DNA of 46,001 nucleotides, from assembly GCA_964409675.1 (NCBI GenBank), contig CAYPEF010000004.1, positions 1 through 46,001 of the forward strand, in the 5' to 3' direction. Shown here piece by piece: positions 1-7,091 of the stretch. Below the pieces are notes generated by a model. It did no database searches. It worked only from the letters and a program-made list of their open reading frames with translations, and was not told the origin of the DNA. Within the stretch, counting starts at the first letter, position 1; every line of letters begins with the position of its first letter. The position numbers and the translations under genes are program-made. The DNA comes from an uncultured Rickettsiales bacterium. Lineage in GTDB: Bacteria > Pseudomonadota > Alphaproteobacteria > Rickettsiales > SXRF01.

Positions 1-14
1 CTTTCACTTTCGCG

Positions 15-41
15 TTGACAAAAACCCAAAAAGGTTATGCT
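15..41 (+). promoter_or_regulatory. candidate sigma70-type promoter reading toward the RT gene (TTGACA 15-20, TATGCT 36-41, 15-nt spacer)
   Basis: Perfect -35 hexamer and a 4/6 -10 hexamer, read directly. The spacer is at the short end of the functional range. Confidence 0.3.
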
Positions 42-249
42 CGCCACGGAGGTGTTTATGAAAGTTGCCACATGCAAAAACGTGCCAAGCCCAGCTTGGC
101 GCGGGCTAGTTTCGGGCTCACGCTCGGAGCTGTCCTTCTTTCCTTCTCTTGCGGCGGGTCGCCAGTCGAAGCCGACCGTATAGCAGAGGGTGACCGTGTA
201 GCGATAAGCGATGCGGGCTCAGTCGCCTACAAGCCACTGAGGGAAATGG
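42..249 (+). ncRNA. candidate structured leader / non-coding RNA upstream of the reverse transcriptase
   Basis: No convincing protein in this stretch. Strong hairpin at 81-103 (10 bp including one G-U pair, 3-nt loop). GGGCTCA occurs three times (113-119, 214-220, 281-287). The position relative to the RT resembles ncRNA-RT defence loci. Not folded computationally. Confidence 0.3.
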
Positions 250-1578
250 ATGCACGTTGGCGAGCGGGGTTTACCGTGGGGGCTCAGACCAGTTATGGAA
301 CGAAAGAATCGGCTATTCGACAAAATCCGTACTGAGCGCGCGCTTAGGCGTGCGTGGTCAAAAATATATGAAAATGGCCAGCGTTCTGATTCGAAAGAAA
401 CCCAGCGGCTCATCAACGAATTTAAGCAGGCTGAAGATATCAATCTTCGCCTCCTGACAAAGAAATTAAGAAATAAGAATTTTGATTTCGGCCCCGTGCG
501 CGGTGTGGCCGCAAAGAAAAAAAGCGGCAAACTACGACCCATTGTTTCTGCGGCAGTAGAAGCGCGGATCGTTCAGCGCGCGATCCTTGAAGAACTGTCC
601 ACGCGCAAAGAAATCAAAAAATACTTTCATGTGCCCACTAGCTTCGGCGCTATTCCTGGCAAAGGTGTACCGGAGGCAGTCAAAGCTGCTGTAGCTGCCA
701 TTCAGAATGGAGCGACGCATTACATCAAATCCGATATTGCAGACTTCTTTACGAAGATACCACGGGCGCAGGTCGTGCAGCAAATAAGCGCAGCTTGGAA
801 TGACGATGACTTCAGGCAATTGCTGGAAAAATGTACCAACTTGGAAATCGACAATTTGGCAGATTTAGAGCGTAAGCATGGTTCTGCATTCCGGGATATG
901 TTCGTCTTTGATCAGACGGGCGCGCCGCAGGGCTGCTGCTTATCGCCATTAATCGGCAACATCCTACTGCATGAATTCGACGAGCAAATGAATAGTGCCG
1001 ATATTACCTGCCTTCGCTATCTCGACGATTTCATCATATTTGGTCCCAGCTACGCGGCAGTACGGGGCGCTTACAAAAAGGCGCAGCGTTTGTTAGGAAA
1101 ACATGGCTTACAGGCATACGATCTCGATACCCAAAAAGATAAAACTGGCCAAGGCGAGGTCAAAAAGCCTTTCGAATTCCTTGGCGTGGAATTCCGAGAC
1201 AAAGACCTCCGGCCATCGCTGGCATCGAAAGATCGTATGATCACCGCCATACGAGAAATATTGGGCAGCGTGCTGAAGAAGTCAGATGCCCCGGAACATC
1301 TGAGTCTCGTTAGCGCCTTGTATATGATTGGCAACAAAATCCGAGGATGGGGTAATCAGTATAAATTCTGCAATGATGAACGGTTCATGGGCTCCATAGA
1401 TGCAGAGATCACTCAATTGATAGTACCATTCTTCTTCAAATTTACTGGTGAAATTAAAGCCTTCGATCAAAAGCAACAGCGCCAAATGATCGGGGTCTGG
1501 TCGCTGGAAAATTGTAAAAAAGAGCCAATTAATTTCGATAATACAGTGCCGCATATCGGTGAAACGAAACAGAAATGA
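250..1578 (+). CDS. reverse transcriptase, group-II-intron-like, stand-alone (no endonuclease domain)
   Basis: RT motifs in order: RPIVSAAVEARIVQRAIL (1), SFGAIPGKGVPEAV (2), YIKSDIADFFTKIP (3), GAPQGCCLSPLIGNILL (4), RYLDDFIIFG (5, YxDD), FEFLGVEF (7). Thumb-like IRGWGNQYKF follows. GAGGGA lies 5 nt before the ATG at 250. An alternative start is ATG 295 (MERKNRLF). Confidence 0.9.
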   Translation: MHVGERGLPWGLRPVMERKNRLFDKIRTERALRRAWSKIYENGQRSDSKETQRLINEFKQAEDINLRLLTKKLRNKNFDFGPVRGVAAKKKSGKLRPIVSAAVEARIVQRAILEELSTRKEIKKYFHVPTSFGAIPGKGVPEAVKAAVAAIQNGATHYIKSDIADFFTKIPRAQVVQQISAAWNDDDFRQLLEKCTNLEIDNLADLERKHGSAFRDMFVFDQTGAPQGCCLSPLIGNILLHEFDEQMNSADITCLRYLDDFIIFGPSYAAVRGAYKKAQRLLGKHGLQAYDLDTQKDKTGQGEVKKPFEFLGVEFRDKDLRPSLASKDRMITAIREILGSVLKKSDAPEHLSLVSALYMIGNKIRGWGNQYKFCNDERFMGSIDAEITQLIVPFFFKFTGEIKAFDQKQQRQMIGVWSLENCKKEPINFDNTVPHIGETKQK

Positions 1579-1593
1579 AGCGAATTTCGCTTC
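1577..1593 (+). terminator. hairpin overlapping the RT stop codon (GAAGCG-aattt-CGCTTC)
   Basis: Perfect inverted repeat read directly. No clear downstream U-tract, so terminator function is uncertain. Confidence 0.3.
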
Positions 1594-1748
1594 TATAAGC
1601 GCATGTATGAAGCAATATCAATTGCTTGAATTGCTAAAAACGAAACGAAATGCAAATTAGAAATTCTGTCGCTAGCGAAATGGCGGGCTAAAGCTGCCCG
1701 TATAGAGATCGCGCCGGAAGGACCCAAGAGTTCAACCCATAGGCATAG

Positions 1749-1930
1749 GGTAGCAAAGGTAGCAAGGTAGCGCGACTCTATCTGCGACTATTGTTATAGG
1801 TTTGTGCGGCGATGTGTCGCTCTTAATCGCATGCGATATTGATGTATGATGGGTGCTACCCGCTACCTCGCTACCTTTGCTACCTAACACGCACCGAAAG
1901 GGTAGCAGCATTAGCGGGGTAGCGGGTAGC
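1749..1930. repeat. iteron-like array: 10 copies of GGTAGC/GCTACC in three orientation blocks
   Basis: Forward copies at 1749, 1758, 1766. Reverse copies at 1855, 1862, 1870, 1879. Forward copies at 1901, 1918, 1925. GGTAGCAAAGGTAGC (1749-1763) is the exact reverse complement of 1870-1884. An AT-richer core lies between the blocks. Confidence 0.75.
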
Positions 1931-1944
1931 AGTGCATGCATTTA

Positions 1945-3387
1945 TCACTTTTGTGCACCTAAATCCGGGTTTAGTGGAGGATCTTCCCCCAACCGTGCAA
2001 CTTGATAGCCTGGTCGTGCACCGTCACGCTGCTCGATGAGGTAGCCATGCTCTACCAGTTTGCGTAACGCGACATCGCGTTTCGTTTTGTCACGCAGGCG
2101 TGTGGGGCCGTATTGCGATACCTGCTTGAGCGTGATGCTGGTGAATTGCTTGGCAGCAATCCACTCCCACAATGCTTCTGCCAGCACGATTTCATCGGGT
2201 CGGTCGATGCTGGTGAAGATACGCCGCGTTTCGTTTAGGTGCCAGCGAACGATTTCGATGGCGTGCTGCATCGTGTCGGCTTCGATTGTGCCTTGTGGGC
2301 CGTGGGTGAATACATGGAAATTGCCCGCGAGGCGCGCCACGTTTTCCCCCGATTTGGCGGCGAAGTCTTTTACCATTTCGTAATCGCCGAGCTTGCCCAA
2401 CTGCTGCTCGATCTCATTATAGTAGCTAACCCACATGCCGTATGCCTCGGTGGAAAGTGCTAGCACCACCGGCTCTAGTTCCATCGTGCCTTCTTTCACC
2501 GGCAATGGCATGTCGAGTAATTGGCGAATGCGCGCGTTGAATGCATCCACGTCATGATCTTGCAGTGGCGGCTCCTTATAGAGCCTCGTACCCATGGTGC
2601 TTTGCGGCGCGGCAAATAGCATGCGGGCGAGAAAGCCGGTGCCACGGCTCTGCCCATCATTCACATTGAGCAATTGCTTGAGTACCGTTTCCTGCATCAT
2701 CAAATAGCACGATAGGCGCTTACCATAGAGATCAAAACTGGAGGTGGTGGAGCGGTTGCGGGAATAACCATTGCCATCCCATAGCCGGTTCAGACAGCCG
2801 AAGAACTGCATGGCCTTTTCCTCGCGGAAACCATGGCCACCTAGTACGATAGCGGCTTCATCGCTCGATAACGATGCCGAGGGCCAGCCTTTGGAAAGCG
2901 CTTCGATCAGGGCTTCTTGTGTGGTGTCTTCATAAAACAAACGCGGCACGATGGGCATGGTTGGCGCGTTAAGTTCCAATGTCTCCAACTGTTGCTTGGT
3001 TTCTTCGACGCGCTGTAGCTGGCCCTTTTTGGTGAAGGTGGTAATCTGTGAGAGCAGTCCCGTGCGTTGAGCTTCATGCGCTTTGATGGCAGCGGTCGCT
3101 GCTTTCACCTTGTCCTTCATGTCCTCCTGGCGCTCTTTCTGCCAGTCTCGTGCGGCATATGAAAATTTACGATCTGCCGAAGTTTTGCGCTCACCGCTTT
3201 CTGCGGCGACAATAAAACTCAGGGAAATGGGGCTGATGAGCTGACCGTCACGGGCGATATTAGCCAATCCCTGACAGGCAACGCACATATTGGACAGCGC
3301 CGACATCGCCACCATTTCCAGCGGCTGCTGACCATAGCTCTGATACGATAGCACTGCTGCGCGGATGATTTGCGGTAATGCATGCAC
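1945..3387 (-). CDS. DUF3987 (YfjI-like) protein, putative replicative helicase partner of the primase
   Basis: The N-terminus HALPQIIRAAV...SLSFIVAAESGERKT and overall size are typical of DUF3987 proteins found next to Toprim primases on islands. GTG start; no earlier in-frame start before the upstream stop. Confidence 0.7.
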   Translation of the reverse strand: MHALPQIIRAAVLSYQSYGQQPLEMVAMSALSNMCVACQGLANIARDGQLISPISLSFIVAAESGERKTSADRKFSYAARDWQKERQEDMKDKVKAATAAIKAHEAQRTGLLSQITTFTKKGQLQRVEETKQQLETLELNAPTMPIVPRLFYEDTTQEALIEALSKGWPSASLSSDEAAIVLGGHGFREEKAMQFFGCLNRLWDGNGYSRNRSTTSSFDLYGKRLSCYLMMQETVLKQLLNVNDGQSRGTGFLARMLFAAPQSTMGTRLYKEPPLQDHDVDAFNARIRQLLDMPLPVKEGTMELEPVVLALSTEAYGMWVSYYNEIEQQLGKLGDYEMVKDFAAKSGENVARLAGNFHVFTHGPQGTIEADTMQHAIEIVRWHLNETRRIFTSIDRPDEIVLAEALWEWIAAKQFTSITLKQVSQYGPTRLRDKTKRDVALRKLVEHGYLIEQRDGARPGYQVARLGEDPPLNPDLGAQK

Positions 3388-3502
3388 GGGATACGGTGCT
3401 GCCTTGTCCGTGCCGGGGGATAGTGGAGTGATGGGGCTGGTATTCGCCCCATCCGCTTCGCCAGCTTAAGGCTTCGCCTCGTCCATCATTTGTTGGAGTT
3501 GC

Positions 3503-4090
3503 TCATGCATGGTGCCATCCTTCTGCCAGCGCATCCGCCGCGTCCCAGCCTTGCGGCTTGCCGGTCGGCACTGGCATTATGTAAACGTCATTATTATGTT
3601 GGCGAAGAATAGCCGACACCGCGTGGGCGTATTTCTCGCCCGGTGCATCATTGTCCGGCCAGATCATCACTTTGCGGTTTCGGATGGGGTGCCATCCAGC
3701 TTTATGTACCGCGTTGCTACCGCCCGGTGAGGTAATGCAGACATATTCCGGCATCGGCAGAAGAAACTGAGCTGCATCGGCTGCTTTTTCTCCCTCACAC
3801 ACGACAACAATCGCATCTGGAAAGGCTTCCAGATGATCCAATCCATAAAGCGGTCGTGGCACCGGCCAGCTGCGGCATTGCCATATCCCGTCCGGTGCTC
3901 GATCCGTACTCCACAAGGTGTATGGAATGATTTGTTTCCCCTCTGACGTGTCATAGCGACAAACCATGCCCAGCAGATTGAGCGCATCATCATGGTAGTA
4001 CCAAATATGGGATGGATCGCCCCATTGATGGTGCCGAAAACTTGGCAGTGTGCAATCGGCAGCGGGAAGCAGGAATTTATCATCACCCAT
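3503..4090 (-). CDS. Toprim-domain primase fragment (C-terminal module)
   Basis: Toprim motifs VVVCEGEKAADAA and MIWPDNDAPGEKYA. The start was chosen at ATG 4090, which is preceded by GGAGGG and overlaps the upstream stop (ATGGGTGA). Confidence 0.75.
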   Translation of the reverse strand: MGDDKFLLPAADCTLPSFRHHQWGDPSHIWYYHDDALNLLGMVCRYDTSEGKQIIPYTLWSTDRAPDGIWQCRSWPVPRPLYGLDHLEAFPDAIVVVCEGEKAADAAQFLLPMPEYVCITSPGGSNAVHKAGWHPIRNRKVMIWPDNDAPGEKYAHAVSAILRQHNNDVYIMPVPTGKPQGWDAADALAEGWHHA

Positions 4091-4388
4091 GATTCCCTCC
4101 CACCATGTCCTGCACCAGCCGCGCCGCATCCAGCTGGCCGATACGGTTCACATAAGCGACCAGGCTGATGACATCGCCACCGCTATCGTTGGTGGCGAAA
4201 TCCGACCACCTACCCGTATGCAGGTTTATCTTAAAACTGCCGGGAGTGCGATCCGTACGGGTGGGATTGCGGACAATATATTCATGCCCGCGCACCACGC
4301 CACCCGGCAGCACGCGTTGAAGGATAGCAGGCAACTGGTGGGTTGCCTGCTGGCTCAATGCCTGAAAATCGATTTTATTTGCCTGCAT
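4083..4388 (-). CDS. primase N-terminal (cysteine-less CHC2/P4-alpha zinc-ribbon-like) domain protein
   Basis: GHEYIVRNPTRTDRTPGSFKINLHTGRWSDFATNDSGGDVISLVAYV matches the layout of the N-terminal domain usually fused to island Toprim primases. Confidence 0.6.
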   Translation of the reverse strand: MQANKIDFQALSQQATHQLPAILQRVLPGGVVRGHEYIVRNPTRTDRTPGSFKINLHTGRWSDFATNDSGGDVISLVAYVNRIGQLDAARLVQDMVGGNHG

Positions 4389-4587
4389 TTTGTTCCTCCA
4401 TCCACTGGAAGAACGCTGCCTCGTCGATCAGTACGCGGCGACCGCAACGGCGGATCACTTTGCTGAAGCCATTAATCTTTTCATTGAAGATGAGATGGCG
4501 CAGTCCACCGAGGGGTGGCCATTGATGATGCTCGTTCCACTTGGTGGCGGGGATAAGACGTGTTTGGGGTTTGGTTTCGTCAGTCAT
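4375..4587 (-). CDS. AlpA/excisionase-like helix-turn-helix DNA-binding protein
   Basis: Small basic protein with ...KVIRRCGRRVLIDEAAFFQWMEEQ, positioned between the integrase module and the primase. Start trimmed to MTDETKP. Confidence 0.6.
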   Translation of the reverse strand: MTDETKPQTRLIPATKWNEHHQWPPLGGLRHLIFNEKINGFSKVIRRCGRRVLIDEAAFFQWMEEQNAGK

Positions 4588-4707
4588 TGCTAGCTCCTTT
4601 GAGCAGGGTTGCTGCACGATGCGGAAATGCACGGTGCTGCAATGAAAGCTAACGACTGGATTTTCCCGCGACTTTTCCCGGCGGGAAGCGGGAACCTATG
4701 CGGGAAA

Positions 4708-5427
4708 CTATTTTATAACAGACTGTTTCTTATGCTTCTTATTAAGTTCAGAGATAAGATTTTGCAGGGCTTTTCTTCCCATAGGTTTCCCGGAAGTGCC
4801 ATCTGTAGGGCCCCAGTGAATGGAGTTCCCTTTGATCTCTGTAATGATGTTGTTGGTATCAAATTCCGCGCATCGCTCTTTTAATATGCTCAATATTTCA
4901 TCGGCATTTGGCGCTCGTTTCGATTTCGGGCGCGCTGTTAAATACACCTTCTCGATCAGCTGATGTAACTCGTTCGGAGGTGCTACCTCTTTTCTTTTTG
5001 ATGCTTCAATTGCGATTTCTGGCTGAGGTATTTCGGCCCCATACCAATTGGCGATTAGCGTTCCCGCTGTTGGAGGCCATTCGCCGTTGGCCTGTAGAAA
5101 TGCTTTATAATCGTCGCGATGAACAATGTAATAATGGACGGTTTCGTATTCGTCGCGCGCGTTTGGGTTGATGGGCCGACCGTTGATCTTCATGGCAATA
5201 CGCACGGGCCGCTGTTTGCCTTTTAACTCCGCTTTCAAATCGCCCTTGGTGGCTGCTTCATTCAGAGCATTGCAGAATATCTTGCGCTTTTGCTCATCCG
5301 CTTTCTCTGGGAAATACAGCCAAGCAACGTGCCATGCTTTCAGTTGATCGGGCAGCATGCCCAACCGTGCCGCCTCCAATAACGGCAGATTGTCGCGGGG
5401 AGCGTATTTCTGCATCAGCTTTTCCAT
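4708..5427 (-). CDS. hypothetical island protein
   Basis: Long ORF packed tightly against the integrase stop (5431). No recognisable motifs. Confidence 0.55.
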   Translation of the reverse strand: MEKLMQKYAPRDNLPLLEAARLGMLPDQLKAWHVAWLYFPEKADEQKRKIFCNALNEAATKGDLKAELKGKQRPVRIAMKINGRPINPNARDEYETVHYYIVHRDDYKAFLQANGEWPPTAGTLIANWYGAEIPQPEIAIEASKRKEVAPPNELHQLIEKVYLTARPKSKRAPNADEILSILKERCAEFDTNNIITEIKGNSIHWGPTDGTSGKPMGRKALQNLISELNKKHKKQSVIK

Positions 5428-5430
5428 GCA

Positions 5431-6501
5431 CTACCCGAAGATTTTCTTGTTCATACGCTCGACCACACTGGCCGTATGCGCTTCAGAGAGGTGGGCGTAG
5501 CGTTTCACCATCGCCAGCGTTTTATGACCCAGCACCTCGGCGATTTCGGCCAGCGATGCACCGTTCATGGCGAGATAGGATGCTGCACTGTGGCGTAGAT
5601 CATGGAAGCGGAAATCCTCGATTTTTGCTTTCTTCAACGCGGCTTCCCATCCGGCGCGGCTCGACCAGGGCTGGCTAGGTTTACGTGGTGCTGGGAATAC
5701 CAGTTCGCTCGCAACGTCGCGCGCTTCGTGGTGGTCTTTGATCAGTTCCAGCGCATGGTGCGTTAACGGCAGCACCCGGCGTTCCTTATTTTTCGTGTCA
5801 TGCAACACGATCACTTTGCGGGTGAGATCGACATCGCGCCAACGCAGGTTAATCAACTCACCGTGGCGCGCGCCGGTCGATAGGGCTAGTACTACCAGCA
5901 GATAAAGATTCTCCGCGCCGCGTATATCCTGACAGGCGGCGAGTAGCCGCTTGCGTTCATCATCATCAAGGAAACGAACCCGACCGCGCGGCTCCGGCAA
6001 CTTGGCGATTTTCTTCATGGGGTGTTCTTCCACCCATTCCCATTCGTTGATGGCGATGGTGAAGGAGTGGCTTAGCGCGGTCATGTAGCGATTTACGGTC
6101 GATGGGCTGCGCTGTTCGATATTCTTGCTTTTACCTGAGAGCAGCTTGTCGCGCTTCTCGATGATCAGCGTTTTGGTGATGTCGGCGAGCGTGTAGTCGC
6201 CCATCTGCTCCACCCAATATTCGAGATACATCTTCACCCAGGGGTGGCGCTTTGGGTTGCGCAGTTCGACATACTCCAAATAGCGATCCACCATTTCGCG
6301 GAACGTGTGCTTCTTCGCTTCGGCGGTTTTGAAATACTTGCCGCTCTTGATGGCGATTTCGGTTTTCTTACCCCATTCCTTAGCATCGGTTTTGCGGGCG
6401 AAGGTGGCGGTTTGGGTAGGATGGCCGCGCATGCGCACTTTCACACGGAAAGAAGTGCTTCCGTCAGCATTAGTGCGGGTTTCGATCATTGCCATGCGCA
6501 T
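5431..6501 (-). CDS. int: tyrosine recombinase / phage-type integrase
   Basis: Catalytic signature LSTGARHGELINLRW ... HDLRHSAASYLA ... LGHKTLAMVKRYAHL (R, H-x-x-R, H, Y). Adjacent to a tRNA gene. Confidence 0.95.
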   Translation of the reverse strand: MRMAMIETRTNADGSTSFRVKVRMRGHPTQTATFARKTDAKEWGKKTEIAIKSGKYFKTAEAKKHTFREMVDRYLEYVELRNPKRHPWVKMYLEYWVEQMGDYTLADITKTLIIEKRDKLLSGKSKNIEQRSPSTVNRYMTALSHSFTIAINEWEWVEEHPMKKIAKLPEPRGRVRFLDDDERKRLLAACQDIRGAENLYLLVVLALSTGARHGELINLRWRDVDLTRKVIVLHDTKNKERRVLPLTHHALELIKDHHEARDVASELVFPAPRKPSQPWSSRAGWEAALKKAKIEDFRFHDLRHSAASYLAMNGASLAEIAEVLGHKTLAMVKRYAHLSEAHTASVVERMNKKIFG

Positions 6502-6607
6502 TCTCCGAATGATGGCGAAACACTACCGCAACACACTGCAATTAGCAACGCTGGTTCATTAGACTTGTGATTAGCTTTTATAAACGCAAGAAATCAAAAG
6601 ATTGCGA

Positions 6608-6760
6608 TGTCCCATGAGCGTATGCGGGACAGTTGCGGGACATCTGTTAGTATGATGGGCTACAGGGCGCTTTCTGATTGCGAATTATGGGGTGATGATA
6701 GATGGCGATACTGTCCCATATCGCGGCTTTTTGTTTTAAAATGTCCCGCCAGTGTCCCAT
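6608..6760. promoter_or_regulatory. candidate integrase/excisionase arm-type binding sites
   Basis: TGTCCCAT at 6608, 6712 and 6753. GCGGGACA at 6624 and 6635, with its inverted copy TGTCCCGC at 6742. All lie between int and the tRNA. Confidence 0.45.
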
Positions 6761-6784
6761 GGCAGCAATTTTCATTTTAGGTCG

Positions 6785-6875
6785 TGGCGGAGAGGGTGGG
6801 ATTCGAACCCACGGAAGCCTTTGAAACTTCGACGGTTTTCAAGACCGTTTCCTTAAACCACTCGGACACCTCTCC
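6785..6875 (-). tRNA. tRNA-Ser (anticodon UGA), long variable arm, encoded CCA
   Basis: The reverse complement reads GGAGAGGTGTCCGAGTGGTTTAAGGAAACGGTCTTGAAAACCGTCGAAGTTTCAAAGGCTTCCGTGGGTTCGAATCCCACCCTCTCCGCCA. Acceptor, D, anticodon (CT-TGA-AA), variable and T arms all pair. Confidence 0.9.
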
Positions 6876-6890
6876 GTACCTAAACATTAG

Positions 6891-6930
6891 TTTTCAAGAC
6901 TGCTGCCTTAAACCACTCGGCCACGCTTCC
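6891..6930 (-). pseudogene. truncated 5' half of a second tRNA-Ser(UGA) gene, ending just after the anticodon loop
   Basis: The reverse complement reads GGAAGCGTGGCCGAGTGGTTTAAGGCAGCAGTCTTGAAAA. It shares CCGAGTGGTTTAAGG and GTCTTGAAAAC with the intact gene but has a different acceptor stem and no 3' half. Confidence 0.7.
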
Positions 6931-7091
6931 TGATGGGTGGTGCTGCCTGCTTGGCAGAAGGATTAATTTTTCACAGAATGCGCTGCGTTGCAAGCGGTTA
7001 GCGGGGGCGGGGAGGTTCGCATGGCGGATTTATTGCATTTGGGGCAGACAATGCCTATTTTGCATCTATCCATTCCATCAGCGAGGCATGT

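Larger units (their letters stand above)
1..6890. mobile_element. tRNA-Ser-associated integrative element (partial; left boundary outside window): integrase, AlpA-like, split primase, DUF3987, iteron array, reverse transcriptase cargo
   Basis: The tyrosine integrase gene ends about 280 nt from the 3' end of tRNA-Ser. Repeated arm-type motifs lie between them. The block is visibly less GC-rich than the flanking core. A truncated second tRNA-Ser 5' half sits just beyond the intact tRNA. No left-end direct repeat was found in 1-250. Confidence 0.7.

Noticed and set aside
112-220. The 8-nt direct repeat CGGGCTCA (112 and 213, 101 nt apart) as boundaries of a rolling-circle template encoding an endless ORF
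   Set aside because: The unit is not a multiple of 3, and two of the three plus-strand frames contain stops (TAG 181, TGA 191, TAG 199, TAA 205). A concatemer would not stay open on that strand.
15-335. 106-aa ORF (TTG start) covering the whole RT leader
   Set aside because: Its TTG start is the TTGACA of the promoter-like element. It has no RBS and overlaps the RT start by 40-85 nt. I kept it only as an alternative reading (from Met 72) in the findings.
1-1578. Classical retron (msr/msd plus RT)
   Set aside because: The RT has YLDD and FLGVEF instead of the retron-typical YADD and VTG. It has a maturase-type RGWxNxY thumb. No obvious a1/a2 inverted repeats flank the leader.
1749-1930. Short repeat array as a CRISPR
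   Set aside because: The repeat unit is 6 nt with 2-3-nt spacers and mixed orientation. That is incompatible with CRISPR architecture.
1732-1941. 69-aa ORF on the minus strand
   Set aside because: It is built almost entirely from the GGTAGC repeats, so it is more likely a by-product of the iteron array than a gene.
250-1945. RT as the intron-encoded protein of a mobile group II intron
   Set aside because: I found no 34-nt domain V hairpin (AGC triad plus GNRA loop) or domain VI between the stop at 1578 and the next gene, and there is no endonuclease domain. I cannot fully exclude it, because only 250 nt upstream are visible.
3503-4388. Split primase as a frameshifted pseudogene
   Set aside because: The junction is a clean ATGGGTGA stop/start overlap with a GGAGGG RBS, which favours two coupled genes. 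It still needs alignment to fused homologues.
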